From IMG/VR virus record IMGVR_UViG_3300035670_000024: a stretch of 64,000 nucleotides of DNA, one strand, 5' to 3'. Each line of letters begins with the position of its first letter. Positions within the stretch are counted from its first letter, which is position 1. The DNA is from a virus. The notes under the pieces are model-generated. The model was not told the DNA's origin. It saw nothing but the letters and a program-made list of their open reading frames with translations, and made no database searches. A program made the translations under genes and the position numbers. Below, piece by piece: positions 1 through 10,214 of this stretch.

Positions 1-29
1 GTGCCCTTGTGCCAGTTGTTCAAGTGTCC
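1..29 (-). promoter_or_regulatory. Early-promoter cassette copy 1 (truncated at window edge): dyad box plus half of the hairpin
   Basis: gtgccagtt-gttc-aagtgtcc matches the other 10 copies; gtgccctt is identical to the stem arm of the copy at 3702. Confidence 0.75.
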
Positions 30-174
30 TCTGCTTTTACCCATTCGGCAGTTTTCCATTCACTCCATTCTTCCCAGTCAGGAGGAGCAATACAACCTTT
101 AGACAACTGATTTTTATAACGATACTGGATTTCTGGTTTCACCCACATTTCGTGCTCCACAATTCGTATTTCAA

Positions 175-2116
175 TCATAATGTCTTCCAATCATAATCAA
201 AATAAACTGATATTTCTTTTGTATCAGTAAAAGCAACGACCTTACCACAACTATAAGGATTTTTCTTACAATACTCCAAGTGTTCTATTGCTTCTTGTTT
301 GTTTGTGGTTCGTTTGTAAAACTTTGGATGTCCCATACCATCCACACTTTCACCATCATAAAGAATATACCAAGTTGGTTCAGTCATTTCTCACCCCAAT
401 ACTCTTCGTAATCATCAAAATCTCTTGTTTCCTGAAATGGTTTATCACAACCAGTATAGGCATACATTTTGTTATTCATTTTGTAAAAGTTATAGTTTAA
501 GATATACCAAAAATCTGCTATATACCAATCATAAAACCCCAAGTTCTCTTTGCTTTTGAGTGCCCACATTAGGGTTCTATCTGGAAGGGTCATCCAGATT
601 TTCCATTTATCAAATATAATTCTTGTGAGTTTCATTTAACTTTCCTCCAAAATTTGAGATAGATTTATATTCAACCCAATAAACAAATCAAGTGTAACAG
701 GTGCGTCAAACTCATCATTCTTTCCACTCACAACCCAACACCATTCATCAAAGTTATAATAAACTTGTTTCCAACCCCAATAGATTTTTTCAAAAAAGTT
801 ATATCGTTTCATTTCAATACCTCATCAACTTCTTCATAAAGTTCCCAGAGATTATCATACAATATTTTTTCATATTCTGGGTCAAGTCGTTTCAGTTCTT
901 TAATATAATCATCAAGTGAGATTTGTGGTTGTCCAAGATTACCAAAGAAAACAGCACGGTCAAAAACATCATAAGGATATTTGAGTATCATTTTCCAATA
1001 CCGATAATCGTGGAGTATTCTTTTCCAACCTTGTAGTATTTGGTTCATTTCTGGTTCTCTTGAAGTTTTAGGTAATCATAAGCAATCTTACACTCTTTGG
1101 GTTTCTCTACACAATACACAATACCTTCATTCTTCCCTTCTACAACACCATCATCAAAACCAAACCGAGTGCCTAAAAGAAATGCAACACCAATAGTTGC
1201 GAGAATACCAAGACAAACTGTTCCAATAACAAAATCATCGTTCATTTCACTTTACCTCATTAAAAAATACAGGAACTTCACCACAAATAGAATTTGCTGA
1301 ATTAATCACGGTATAAGACTTCCTACATTCTATCACAATCTCATAAGATTTCAAGAACATCTCTCTGTCCTTTTGAGTGTTGTAGGTGTCTAGTAGTTCC
1401 ATAGAAAGGAAATATCCAGTAAAAATAACAAGTGGAATAATAAGAGTAAAGATAAAAACTTTCATAGTGCCTCCAGTTCATCAATAATAGCAGAAATTTC
1501 TTTCAGGCAGTCATCATAACCATTCACATAAGAAACCTGACATTCATCCCTCCAATCCACACCCTCATTAGTTCCTGATAGTTTCTCACGGAGTTTTTCA
1601 AGAACTTCTTTGAGTGCCCAAGCAGGATTATGTGATTGACTATTCATAAGAACTTCTAGGAGTTCTTGTGCGATTTGTTGGTTAGTCATTGTAGAACATC
1701 AATAAGTTTACTATACATCCAAGAGATTGTGAGTGCTTGTGCCCAAGTAAGAGGAAAGAAAGACACAAGTGCCCAACCCAATACTCCTACAATAATATAA
1801 AATCCAATTGTCGCACCGATTTCTTGTTTAGTCATCATCAAAACATCCAACTCTTTGTGAAAAATCCTTTGAAGTATTCCCAGAAGGAAGTATCTTCTTC
1901 CTCTTCTACAAACTCTTTTTGCTCAAAGTCCTTACCATCACGACCACAAGCATTTTCACTATCCCTCATAGCAAGAGCAAGACAATTATACTCACTCACT
2001 TTGCCGTTGAAGTAATCAACCTCCTCATATGTGTAGAGAGCACAAGTGCTGAAAATCTCATCAGGACTTTCTTGAAAGTGCTTACAATCTTTACAAGCAG
2101 GAATGGTGGAAGTCAT
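175..2116 (-). other. Array of small hypothetical early genes (175-387, 384-635, 809-1048, 1045-1245, 1247-1465, 1462-1689, 1838-2116)
   Basis: Head-to-tail minus-strand ORFs, several with ATGA start/stop overlaps; two have N-terminal TM segments; 1838-2116 has CxxC plus further Cys. Confidence 0.75.
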
Positions 2117-2139
2117 TTGGGTTCCTTGTGTATGAGAGT

Positions 2140-2196
2140 ATTATAAGGCATCTGATGCCCCTGTGGAGGGGTCAGGGGTCAGTTTGGGAAGTGTCC
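2140..2196 (-). promoter_or_regulatory. Early-promoter cassette copy 2
   Basis: TATAAT (2140-2145), hairpin ctga..cccct/aggggtcag, box gtcagtt-tggg-aagtgtcc. Confidence 0.75.
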
Positions 2197-2332
2197 TCCA
2201 ATTCATCAAATAAAGCATCCCAATCAGGATGAGGCATACCAGCAACTACCATTTCACCACATTCAGGGCAGTGGAACATACCGATGGGAGCATCCTTATA
2301 AATGTCTGCTGTTGGGTCAAAAGAACATTTAG

Positions 2333-3649
2333 TCATTTGTAATCTTCTATGTAAGTTTGATAATCAAAATCTTCCTTATCAAATGCTCGTTGTTCAAGAT
2401 AATCAAGTTGGTCTTTAATTTCTTTAAGTTCCCCATCCAAAGAAGCAATAAGTTTTACAATATGGTAGTATTGTTTATAATGTTCTGACTTATTAAATTC
2501 GTCTTCAGCATCTTCTATTGTAAGGTAAATGTGCTGATTGGTCTTGTGTAAATCAGCATAGACCTTACCATCCTGTCTTTTAAGCATTATGGTATAAAAT
2601 TCAGTCATAGTTTCTCCAGCTCATCAGCAAGGTCGTATAAATCTCTTGCATCTACAATACAATCTTCAACTTCTTCAGCAAAACTATAATATTGAAACTC
2701 ATTCACAATCTCACGAATAGCAGTTGATAGTGCTTCTCTCATATCATCGGTGGGTTCTACAATCAATTCACCTTTGAATGCTTCCCAGATTTGTTGTGCT
2801 TTACTCACGACTCAAGTTCCTCAATTACTTTCATAAGGTCTTTTACATTTATCACATCAATTCCGTGGTCTCCATCAATATGAAAGTTATTGTAGGCATA
2901 CTGTTTTACCAACTCACGAAGAGTAGCAGCAAGGACAACCTTATACTCTGCGGAGAGACCACTACAGATTTTTTGTGATTTTTCAGTCATTTCTCCACCT
3001 TCTTTTCACACAAGGGACTATCAGGAAGAACCCCAAAGATATGTGAGGCAATAGTAATACCACCAAGCATCACGGTTGGAACAAAAAATAGCATTACCAT
3101 AATCGCAAAAGGAATAGCAAGGTATTCTTGGAAAAAATCTTTCATCTGTTTAGAGTAGTAATAATAGTATCAAGTTTTTGAGAAATCACCACACACTGAA
3201 TAGCAATCAAAGAAACCATTATGATGATGTAGGGTTTTATCATTTCAGTTCCTCAAGAACAGCAATAAAATGTTCAATACAATCTTTGGGAATGTAGAAA
3301 GGTTCTCCAGTTTTCCGTTCTTCAACTCCGTGAGTTGCGTAAGGTGTAATCTCTACAGAACCTTCACCATCATCAGTAAATTGGTAGAACCAATCATCAT
3401 CGTGGTGAATACGGATTTCTTTGGTGATTGAGTAAGTCATCGGTTAGGATTGATGTAGTTGGGTAGTTGAAAGTTGATGTAAGGTCTTACCTGATTTCCA
3501 TTCTCATCATAGATACCATCAAAGTCAATCTCTGCCGTTGCATCAACATAATCATCACCAGGAATCAAATCAAACTGTGCATTATAACGACGCAGGAGTT
3601 CCTCAAAGTCCCTCATAAATGCGTCGGTGATTTGTTGTTGGTCAGTCAT
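2333..3649 (-). other. Array of small hypothetical early genes (2333-2608, 2605-2808, 2805-2990, 3240-3440, 3437-3649 and shorter ORFs between)
   Basis: Overlapping start/stop codons, acidic small proteins, AGGA RBS before 3649. Confidence 0.75.
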
Positions 3650-3672
3650 CAGTCCTTTGTGTGTATGAAGTC

Positions 3673-3730
3673 ATTATACAACGAAAAAGGGCACCTGTGA
3701 AGTGCCCTTGTGACGGTTTCTCAAGTGTCC
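3673..3730 (-). promoter_or_regulatory. Early-promoter cassette copy 3 (box, terminator-like hairpin, -10)
   Basis: Minus strand GGACACTTGAGAAACCGTCAC-AAGGGCAC ttcacag GTGCCCTT-TTTCGTTG-TATAAT. Confidence 0.85.
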
Positions 3731-4081
3731 TCAAATCCAAGTTCTTACACTTGCCTTTGGATGTTCTTTACAAGCACTCAAAACCTCCTCTACAAAGGGA
3801 ACAAAGTGCTTGTACATACCCCAACCATTAGGTGAGTTGAACTTTTCATAATGCTCTGGATTTTCTTTAAGTTTTTTCAATCCTTCTTCCAGAGGAGCAA
3901 TCAGTTTATCCGCAGTTGGATTTTCCCAAAGTTCGTTGGGTCTCCACAGGAACATATAAATTCCTGCTTCTTCAGCCATCTTATTCAGGTTGTGAGTGAT
4001 ATTAGAAGAAAACAACTCAACTTTATGAGGTTCTTTCCCTCCAGTATCAACTTCAACTTCTAGATAAAAATCAAGAGACAT
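3731..4081 (-). CDS. Conserved-looking phage hypothetical protein
   Basis: 116-aa ORF with NITHNL..MA..AG and P.NGWG.Y segments; function not recognised. Confidence 0.7.
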   Translation of the reverse strand: MSLDFYLEVEVDTGGKEPHKVELFSSNITHNLNKMAEEAGIYMFLWRPNELWENPTADKLIAPLEEGLKKLKENPEHYEKFNSPNGWGMYKHFVPFVEEVLSACKEHPKASVRTWI

Positions 4082-4123
4082 AATGTTTTTCTGTGTGTAT
4101 GAGTGTATTATTAAGTATAAATT

Positions 4124-4306
4124 TTAGAAGTCATTTTCAGGGTCAAAGGTGAAGTATTCGTAGATGGAAGACATTACTGCTCCCTCAATATATTCGATAA
4201 TAGCACCCTCACTTGGGTTCTCAATATGCTTATGTGCCTGTGAATATCCACGACGGACACCTTCTTCAATTGCCTGTTCTAGGATTACACGAACTTTAGG
4301 TCTCAT
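4124..4306 (-). CDS. Hypothetical early protein
   Basis: 60-aa ORF directly downstream of cassette copy 4. Confidence 0.7.
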   Translation of the reverse strand: MRPKVRVILEQAIEEGVRRGYSQAHKHIENPSEGAIIEYIEGAVMSSIYEYFTFDPENDF

Positions 4307-4328
4307 AGTGCTTGAAATTCATAAGGTC

Positions 4329-4387
4329 ATTATAAAGCAAAAACTCCCCCTTGTGAAGGGAGAGTGTGCCGGTTCTTCAGGTGTCAC
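4329..4387 (-). promoter_or_regulatory. Early-promoter cassette copy 4
   Basis: TATAAT 4329-4334, imperfect hairpin actcccc..gggagagt, box gtgccggtt-cttc-aggtgtcac. Confidence 0.8.
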
Positions 4388-4388
4388 A

Positions 4389-5000
4389 TCAAAACTCACA
4401 TTCTATATTAAACGAAATAGTAGTTCTACTTTTCAAGCAAGGATTTACGAAATGCATAAGTTCTGCCGGAAAGAAAATTACATTTCCTTCTTTTATATGT
4501 TTTGTTTGATAACTTTTTAATCCTGAATTGACATCATATAAGTGACAATTGTTATTATCTACAAATACCGTAGTATTTTCTTCTTGCACATCAAGTAAAT
4601 AAATTCCAGAATAGTGCATTGTAAGATTATTTTTTTCGTGAGTATGAATTTCTTGATGCATACCTTCAGTATAATGATTATACCAAAGGTTTCTTACATA
4701 TGATTTTATTGGTATAGGAACATTCAAAACTGATTTATTTAAATTTAAAAGCATTTCATCAAAAGTATTCCATATCACTTCATCAAAAAAATCCTTTTCA
4801 AAATTTACATTAGGACCTTCATCTTTCATAAAGAACGAAGTAATGCAATCACAATTCCAAGATTTATTTTTTGTTTTGCATTTTTCACTGTACTTATTTT
4901 TATGGTCTATTATTCTGGGATAATATTTACTTTTTATTTTATCGTGAGTTTTAACTTTATCCCAGTAAACAAATTTCGCAGGGAATGTAAATATATTCAT
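4389..5000 (-). CDS. Putative 2OG-Fe(II) oxygenase (TIGR02466-like)
   Basis: WYNHY..HQEIHTH, SGIYLL, KEGNVIFFPAELMHFV, RTTISFN. Confidence 0.8.
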   Translation of the reverse strand: MNIFTFPAKFVYWDKVKTHDKIKSKYYPRIIDHKNKYSEKCKTKNKSWNCDCITSFFMKDEGPNVNFEKDFFDEVIWNTFDEMLLNLNKSVLNVPIPIKSYVRNLWYNHYTEGMHQEIHTHEKNNLTMHYSGIYLLDVQEENTTVFVDNNNCHLYDVNSGLKSYQTKHIKEGNVIFFPAELMHFVNPCLKSRTTISFNIECEF

Positions 5001-5018
5001 TATAAAAATTTAATTAAT

Positions 5019-5351
5019 TCATCTTGCAATATTTGATATCCTTTTCTCTAAGATATTAATTTGAACATCTTCAGTAATTTTATTTGCAATATTTCCAGAT
5101 ATAATTTCCCAAGATATAGTATTATTAGAAACTTCTCTGCGATAAATGTAATTATTGTAATTAAAATATTCAACTTTTTCTGCCGAATATTCCAGTTTCA
5201 TTTGGGGAGTATCTTCTATTTCATTATGAGATCTAAAAGATATAATTGGTTTGGGTTCTTGTTCTACAATTATTTCTTCTGTAGGTTCGTTGTTTATTCT
5301 ATTATAATGTTCAAGTAAACTTTTAAGATTTTCAGTATTTGTCATAATCAA
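5019..5351 (-). CDS. Hypothetical protein
   Basis: 110-aa ORF in the same run as the chaperone and oxygenase genes. Confidence 0.6.
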   Translation of the reverse strand: MIMTNTENLKSLLEHYNRINNEPTEEIIVEQEPKPIISFRSHNEIEDTPQMKLEYSAEKVEYFNYNNYIYRREVSNNTISWEIISGNIANKITEDVQINILEKRISNIAR

Positions 5352-5857
5352 CTAGGGGGTATAGGCCAACTTGGGTGATTTGGATCATCAACTAAAGGTT
5401 TGGGATCAGTAATACTTTCAGGAAGATCTCTAAGTTCCTGTCTATAATCAGACCATGCAATTTTTTGTGCTTCTGTTAGAGGAGCATCTGATAATTGAGT
5501 CCAGTCTGATTGTGTCAACAACCAATTTCTTGCTTCTCTAAGTTCTTGCCAGTAGTCTCTAGATGCTTCTATTGCGGCCAATTCATCTAGTCTTTGCTGT
5601 TCACGTCTTAAAGATTCTTCCTCAAATGTCGTAATTGCCTGAGCAAAAATTCCCAACTCAGTAACTCTTTCATTTGGTCTTTTAGGGTCAAATGGATGTG
5701 CTTTAAATTCTATTTCTCCCTCATTCCTATCTGAATACCAATGGAATACATGAACATCATTTGGTATCCAAGTTAAGTATTGAGGGTCTATTTTTAATAG
5801 AAAGTTTCCATCTATACCTATTGCACCATCAGATGGTACTACAGTTATATTACTCAT
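5348..5857 (-). CDS. Tail fibre assembly chaperone
   Basis: C-terminal W..LREARNWLLTQSDWTQLSDAPL..W..YRQELRDLP...WP motif. Confidence 0.85.
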   Translation of the reverse strand: MSNITVVPSDGAIGIDGNFLLKIDPQYLTWIPNDVHVFHWYSDRNEGEIEFKAHPFDPKRPNERVTELGIFAQAITTFEEESLRREQQRLDELAAIEASRDYWQELREARNWLLTQSDWTQLSDAPLTEAQKIAWSDYRQELRDLPESITDPKPLVDDPNHPSWPIPPS

Positions 5858-6225
5858 GAATCAGTTTCCTCCTCTGTGTCTGTTCCAGGTTCTATCATAT
5901 TTAGAGGACCATCAAGTGGAGTTACATTCGTAGGAAGAACATAACCTTCTTTAACTTGATCCATAAAGTTCAAATAGAGTTGTTGGTTTTCTGCATTGGT
6001 TCTTACAACTTCGTTTCGGAAAGATTCAACTGCTGCACCCGCTTGTCGCGCTTGCTGTGATGTTTCAATTTGCATCATTGGCAACCAAGCAATAGCACAG
6101 TTCCATTCATCAACCATTTCTCCGGTGTTTGGATTCATTCCACGAACTTGAATGAACCAAGAACACTTAAGTCCAACACAATCCTTCTTAATCAAAGGAC
6201 ACCACTTTCCAGGTTTAATTTTCAT
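5854..6225 (-). CDS. Cys-rich hypothetical protein accompanying tail-fibre genes
   Basis: CPL..DC..LKCSWF...WNCAIAWLP..ETS..RQ.GAAVESFRNE. Confidence 0.7.
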   Translation of the reverse strand: MKIKPGKWCPLIKKDCVGLKCSWFIQVRGMNPNTGEMVDEWNCAIAWLPMMQIETSQQARQAGAAVESFRNEVVRTNAENQQLYLNFMDQVKEGYVLPTNVTPLDGPLNMIEPGTDTEEETDS

Positions 6226-6228
6226 TTT

Positions 6229-6927
6229 TTATTCTCCGTAATGTCTAAGAATTTCATTTTTTATATTTCTTGCAATAAAAAGAGGATCTTTAAGAGTTAC
6301 TTTACAATCAGTATGATGAACTGGACTTGATTGCTTTTCTAAACCATCTATTAGTAGTTCTAATTGATAGTTCAAATTTCTCATAAAGTTGTCTTTAATT
6401 TTACTCTTTGTCCAAAAAACAGAAACATACCTTGTTCCTGATACAACTTTGTTTACTCTATGTATAGTTCCTGTAGGATAGGTTATTGCCCATCCAGCAT
6501 CAAGTTTAAACATTTTTTCATCATCATTCCCCATCAATAAACATAGTTCTCCACCATCATAAGTTTCTGGATCACTTAGAAACACAGTAGTACTATAGTC
6601 CCCATTGCACCAATTGTCAAAGTGTGGATTGTAATAATTTCCAGATTCAGTTTTTGAAATAATATTTAGATTTGTACTTGATGCTGCAGTATATGTCAAG
6701 AATTTTTTATCACAATCTAATGACTGCATAATACAATCATTAATTGTTTGAAGCATTTGAAGATCTGAAAGTTCTTTATTGGACTTAGTAGAAACATAAC
6801 CTCCACCACTAAGTAATCCATCATGCCAAAGATTATGTTCTTCAGCATGTTTAAGTAAATTTTGAATAAGTTCTATTTGTTCTTTTTCAAGAACTTTTCT
6901 AACATAATAGTTTATCATACTAACCAA
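6229..6927 (-). CDS. PKHD-type (PiuC/YbiX-like) 2OG-Fe(II) hydroxylase
   Basis: YNPHFD, DYSTTVFLSDPETYDGGEL, YPTGTIHRV..VVSGTRYVSVFW. Confidence 0.85.
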   Translation of the reverse strand: MVSMINYYVRKVLEKEQIELIQNLLKHAEEHNLWHDGLLSGGGYVSTKSNKELSDLQMLQTINDCIMQSLDCDKKFLTYTAASSTNLNIISKTESGNYYNPHFDNWCNGDYSTTVFLSDPETYDGGELCLLMGNDDEKMFKLDAGWAITYPTGTIHRVNKVVSGTRYVSVFWTKSKIKDNFMRNLNYQLELLIDGLEKQSSPVHHTDCKVTLKDPLFIARNIKNEILRHYGE

Positions 6928-8129
6928 GTAATAATAGAGTAACGAGTTCCTTGAATAACAGGCATAATTTCATGAGGATACATGAAATTTGAAGGGAATA
7001 CAATTGCAGAACCTTTTGAACTTTTAATCATCATTTCCCTTCCAAAAAAAGCAAATTCTCCACCAACATAATCCTCATTTAATTGTAAAGAACAAGAAAG
7101 AGATCTTTGCTCTTCTTTAAATGAATCTGTATGTTCAATGTAATAGTTTCCTTCTTCATATTTTAATAGTCCATAACCAGTATCAACATTTATTCTAAAA
7201 TCTTTATGAATATCAGTATATTTAATTATAACATTGCGAATACTTTCATGAAGTCTTTCATCAATTGTTTTTCTTTTATGATAATTCTTTTGAATAACAC
7301 CAGGATCAGATATAAGAATTTGTTTACAATTTCTTATATCTTTGACTATCTCTCCCTGCCCAACCATTGTATGCTGCCAATTATTTTCACCATTGTTTTC
7401 ATCATATTCACTCAAAATTTCATCACATAATTCTTCAGGAACTATTCCCTCAAAAACATGAATATATTGCTCAAGAGTATTTGATGGTTTTGGAATTACA
7501 AGCATAGGAGATTGCTGAGATTCTATTATCAACTCATGTTCTGGTGAGAGTTTATTTTCTATTATATCTTTCTTTTCAGTCTTTTCAGAGTCATCTTTAC
7601 ATTTATCAAAATATGCATAGGCACAATCTCCACGACTTCTTACATAATGTAAGAATACTTGAGTATAGTAATCTCCATTATACTCATTTCTCCAATGATC
7701 TGCAACCTTACCAAGATACATCATTGCATCTCCAGGTTCTAAAATTACAGACTTTTCTCTTCCATCTGGAGTTTCAATGTATATTGGCCAAGACTTATCA
7801 CCGTCAAGATGAAGTGTGAGTGAAATTTCACAAGCGTCACGATCTCTATGTCTATTCAAGACACTTCCATTATAATAAACTCTTGAATATGCATAAGTTG
7901 GCAAAACAGTTTCTTCTAGAATTGAAGATACTTGTTGAGTTTTTTCACAAAGTAGTTCTAAGAATGAAATATAATTATACTCTGATTGTGAATTTGGTGC
8001 CTGAGAGTCTCCACCATTATTTTGTGATTCTGAGTATATTTTAAATTCTTTTCCTAATTCTTCTGCTCTATGAGAATTTATGAAGTTTGGAATAATAAGA
8101 TAGTTATTATTTAATAAATTTATATTCAT
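6915..8129 (-). CDS. Two-domain 2OG-Fe(II) oxygenase (C-terminal prolyl-4-hydroxylase-like domain)
   Basis: Domain 1 HRDR.ACEISLT..HWR; domain 2 HTD..RSLSCSLQLNEDYVGGEF..FPSNFMYPHEI..GTRYSI. Confidence 0.85.
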   Translation of the reverse strand: MNINLLNNNYLIIPNFINSHRAEELGKEFKIYSESQNNGGDSQAPNSQSEYNYISFLELLCEKTQQVSSILEETVLPTYAYSRVYYNGSVLNRHRDRDACEISLTLHLDGDKSWPIYIETPDGREKSVILEPGDAMMYLGKVADHWRNEYNGDYYTQVFLHYVRSRGDCAYAYFDKCKDDSEKTEKKDIIENKLSPEHELIIESQQSPMLVIPKPSNTLEQYIHVFEGIVPEELCDEILSEYDENNGENNWQHTMVGQGEIVKDIRNCKQILISDPGVIQKNYHKRKTIDERLHESIRNVIIKYTDIHKDFRINVDTGYGLLKYEEGNYYIEHTDSFKEEQRSLSCSLQLNEDYVGGEFAFFGREMMIKSSKGSAIVFPSNFMYPHEIMPVIQGTRYSIITWLV

Positions 8130-8152
8130 AACGATTTTTTGATTATCTTAGA

Positions 8153-8181
8153 ATTATAATTGATTTCTACTTAAATGTCAA
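8153..8181 (-). promoter_or_regulatory. Consensus sigma70 promoter for the oxygenase/chaperone genes
   Basis: TTGACA (8181-8176), 17-bp spacer, TATAAT (8158-8153). Confidence 0.85.
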
Positions 8182-8183
8182 AA

Positions 8184-8834
8184 TTAAGGTTTAATAGATT
8201 TCTCAGCAATAATCACATCTCTATATAAAACTGAAAAATCCTCTTGAGATGCTGGTCCAGGAACAGTGTGATTGTGTTGGCCACTAATTGTGTGTGTATG
8301 AGGACTATTAACGGTATGTGAGTGTTGTCCAAAAGTAATTGAATGAGAGTGTCCTTGACTTGATCCTTCAGAAGTACTTACTCTAGAATCTGTATCTGAA
8401 CTTCTAGTAGGTACTGCAGCTGGTCCAGCATAAAGTTCAATATTGTGAAGTTCGTAAAGATGCGAATGTGAAGGAAGATCTGCAGCATTTGATGTGGTTG
8501 GTGTTGTTGCACTAGCAACTTGTTGCCCCGAACTTATATTTGCGGGTGAACTGCTAAAAGTTATTGCAGATGCATTTTGATCAATGGTCAATCCTAAACT
8601 TCTAGTCGTAAATGTTTGAGAAAATGCAAAATTTGTCCGTGAACTTGCATTTCCAGTAACAACCCTTAAAGCAATACCATTAGTACTATAAGTCGTATCT
8701 TTAACCCAACTAGTAGGTGCGGAGGCATTTTCAAAAATTGCTCTAAATCCTCTTAGATCGGTGGGATCAGTCCCTCCTAAAAAATTTTCAATATAGAGAC
8801 AACCTGTTAGAGTTGTTGAACCTAAAACTGCCAT
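8184..8834 (-). CDS. Short tail-fibre tip protein (tail-collar-like N-terminus, HxH motifs), paralogue 3
   Basis: APTSWVK..ALRVVTG; five HxH motifs; FSVLYRDVIIAEK C-terminus. Confidence 0.75.
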   Translation of the reverse strand: MAVLGSTTLTGCLYIENFLGGTDPTDLRGFRAIFENASAPTSWVKDTTYSTNGIALRVVTGNASSRTNFAFSQTFTTRSLGLTIDQNASAITFSSSPANISSGQQVASATTPTTSNAADLPSHSHLYELHNIELYAGPAAVPTRSSDTDSRVSTSEGSSQGHSHSITFGQHSHTVNSPHTHTISGQHNHTVPGPASQEDFSVLYRDVIIAEKSIKP

Positions 8835-8854
8835 TTTTATACTTTTATATTACT

Positions 8855-9532
8855 TTATATAGAACATGAAACTGGATCAGAATCTTTTACAGCAACGATT
8901 ATGTCTGCATAAGAAACTGCAAAATTTTGAGCAGTTGCTGAGAATGTATGATTATGAGGTCCAAGTGATGTAATTTGATGTCCGTGTGCTGTAACGGTAA
9001 CTGGATGATTGTGTTGTGCGGTTGCAGAAAATCCATGAGGATGACCACCTCCAGATCCTGCTCCAATAAAAGTTGTTTGAGTTACTTGAGTTCTTATAAT
9101 ACTTCTAGCACCAGGAGAAGGTGTCATAGTTCTCGCCTGAGCATTTGGCATTCGGTCATAAGTATGAACGTGCCCTGGTAGTTGAGCCTCAGCAATAGTT
9201 GCATTCTGTATTCCAAGAGATGGAAATGAATCAAATTGCCCAATTGCAACGGGACTTACAGTTTCATCTGCAATCGTTATGTTAGAATTAACAGAATCTA
9301 TAGAACCTTGAATTGGTCTTGCAGTATCGGGAAAAACTGTAGTAAATGCATTAGTTCCTCCAGGAACTCTTGTACCTGTAACTAATCTCAGTGCCTTATT
9401 GTTATGAGAAGTAGTGTCTTTTGTCCAACTTGTTGGAGCAGAAGAATTATTAAATGTCATTCTAGTTGTTCCTGGAAGGAAGCATGGTATAGATGAACAT
9501 CCATCTAAACTATTTACTGTTAATACTGCCAT
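8855..9532 (-). CDS. Short tail-fibre tip protein, paralogue 2
   Basis: APTSWTK..NKALRLVTG; HVH, HPH, HNH, HGH, HNH; FAVSYADIIVAVK. Confidence 0.75.
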   Translation of the reverse strand: MAVLTVNSLDGCSSIPCFLPGTTRMTFNNSSAPTSWTKDTTSHNNKALRLVTGTRVPGGTNAFTTVFPDTARPIQGSIDSVNSNITIADETVSPVAIGQFDSFPSLGIQNATIAEAQLPGHVHTYDRMPNAQARTMTPSPGARSIIRTQVTQTTFIGAGSGGGHPHGFSATAQHNHPVTVTAHGHQITSLGPHNHTFSATAQNFAVSYADIIVAVKDSDPVSCSI

Positions 9533-10182
9533 TAGTTTTTACTGCAAATGATTACATCCATGTATTGAACATTAAAGTCTCTTTGTGTCATTGTAAAAGT
9601 ATGAGCATGTCCAGAATCAGTTTGAACGTGACTATGTGCTCCTGTACTTACTGGATGTTGAGTATGTCCACTATCAGTTATACTATGAGTATGAGCACCG
9701 TTAGCACCAGTAGTTGAAGAAGAACCTGTTCTCAAAGTTTGCTCATAAATTCTTTGTGCAGGACCATTTCCAACCTGAACATCTGCACCACCCCTAAAAG
9801 TATATGGGTGGGTATGGGCAGTCATTTGTGCTACAGTTAAGGTTGCTGGTTGCATTGAAGCTGAAGATGGACTTGAATTAAGACTTATAAATCCTGTTGC
9901 TTGTGCTATAGTTAAACCTGATGGTCCGGAAAATGGAACATTTACACCTTTTGAACTTGAAAAAGCTGTAGTAAATCCTAAAGTCGGATTTCCTCCAGGA
10001 CTTAAAGCAGTTCCATTAGCACCTCCAATAACTCTTAGAGCAACATTATTAAATGCAGCATTCGTTTCTTTAGTCCAACTGGTAGGAGCATTATCTTGCT
10101 CAAATACCATCCTGGAACCAGTAGCAATAAAGTCAGGGATTGAATTGCATCCATTTAAAAAGTTACTTCCAAGAAGAGCCAT
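9532..10182 (-). CDS. Short tail-fibre tip protein, paralogue 1
   Basis: APTSWTK..NVALRVIGG; HTH, HTH, HSH, HAH (+HTQH); FNVQYMDVIICSK. Confidence 0.75.
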   Translation of the reverse strand: MALLGSNFLNGCNSIPDFIATGSRMVFEQDNAPTSWTKETNAAFNNVALRVIGGANGTALSPGGNPTLGFTTAFSSSKGVNVPFSGPSGLTIAQATGFISLNSSPSSASMQPATLTVAQMTAHTHPYTFRGGADVQVGNGPAQRIYEQTLRTGSSSTTGANGAHTHSITDSGHTQHPVSTGAHSHVQTDSGHAHTFTMTQRDFNVQYMDVIICSKN

Positions 10183-10203
10183 TGTTAAAATTAAAGGTAT
10201 TTT

Positions 10204-10214
10204 TATTTATTTAT
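10204..10214 (-). promoter_or_regulatory. T4-type late promoter (two overlapping ATAAATA)
   Basis: ATAAATAAATA about 22 nt upstream of the 10182 start. Confidence 0.55.

Noticed and set aside
6915-8129. Prolyl-4-hydroxylase acting on the collagen repeats
   Set aside because: The repeats are essentially proline-free, so they offer almost no substrate.
8184-10182. Diversity-generating retroelement or invertible cassette acting on the fibre paralogues
   Set aside because: No reverse transcriptase or invertase, no adenine-specific template/variable repeat pair, and all three genes are co-oriented.
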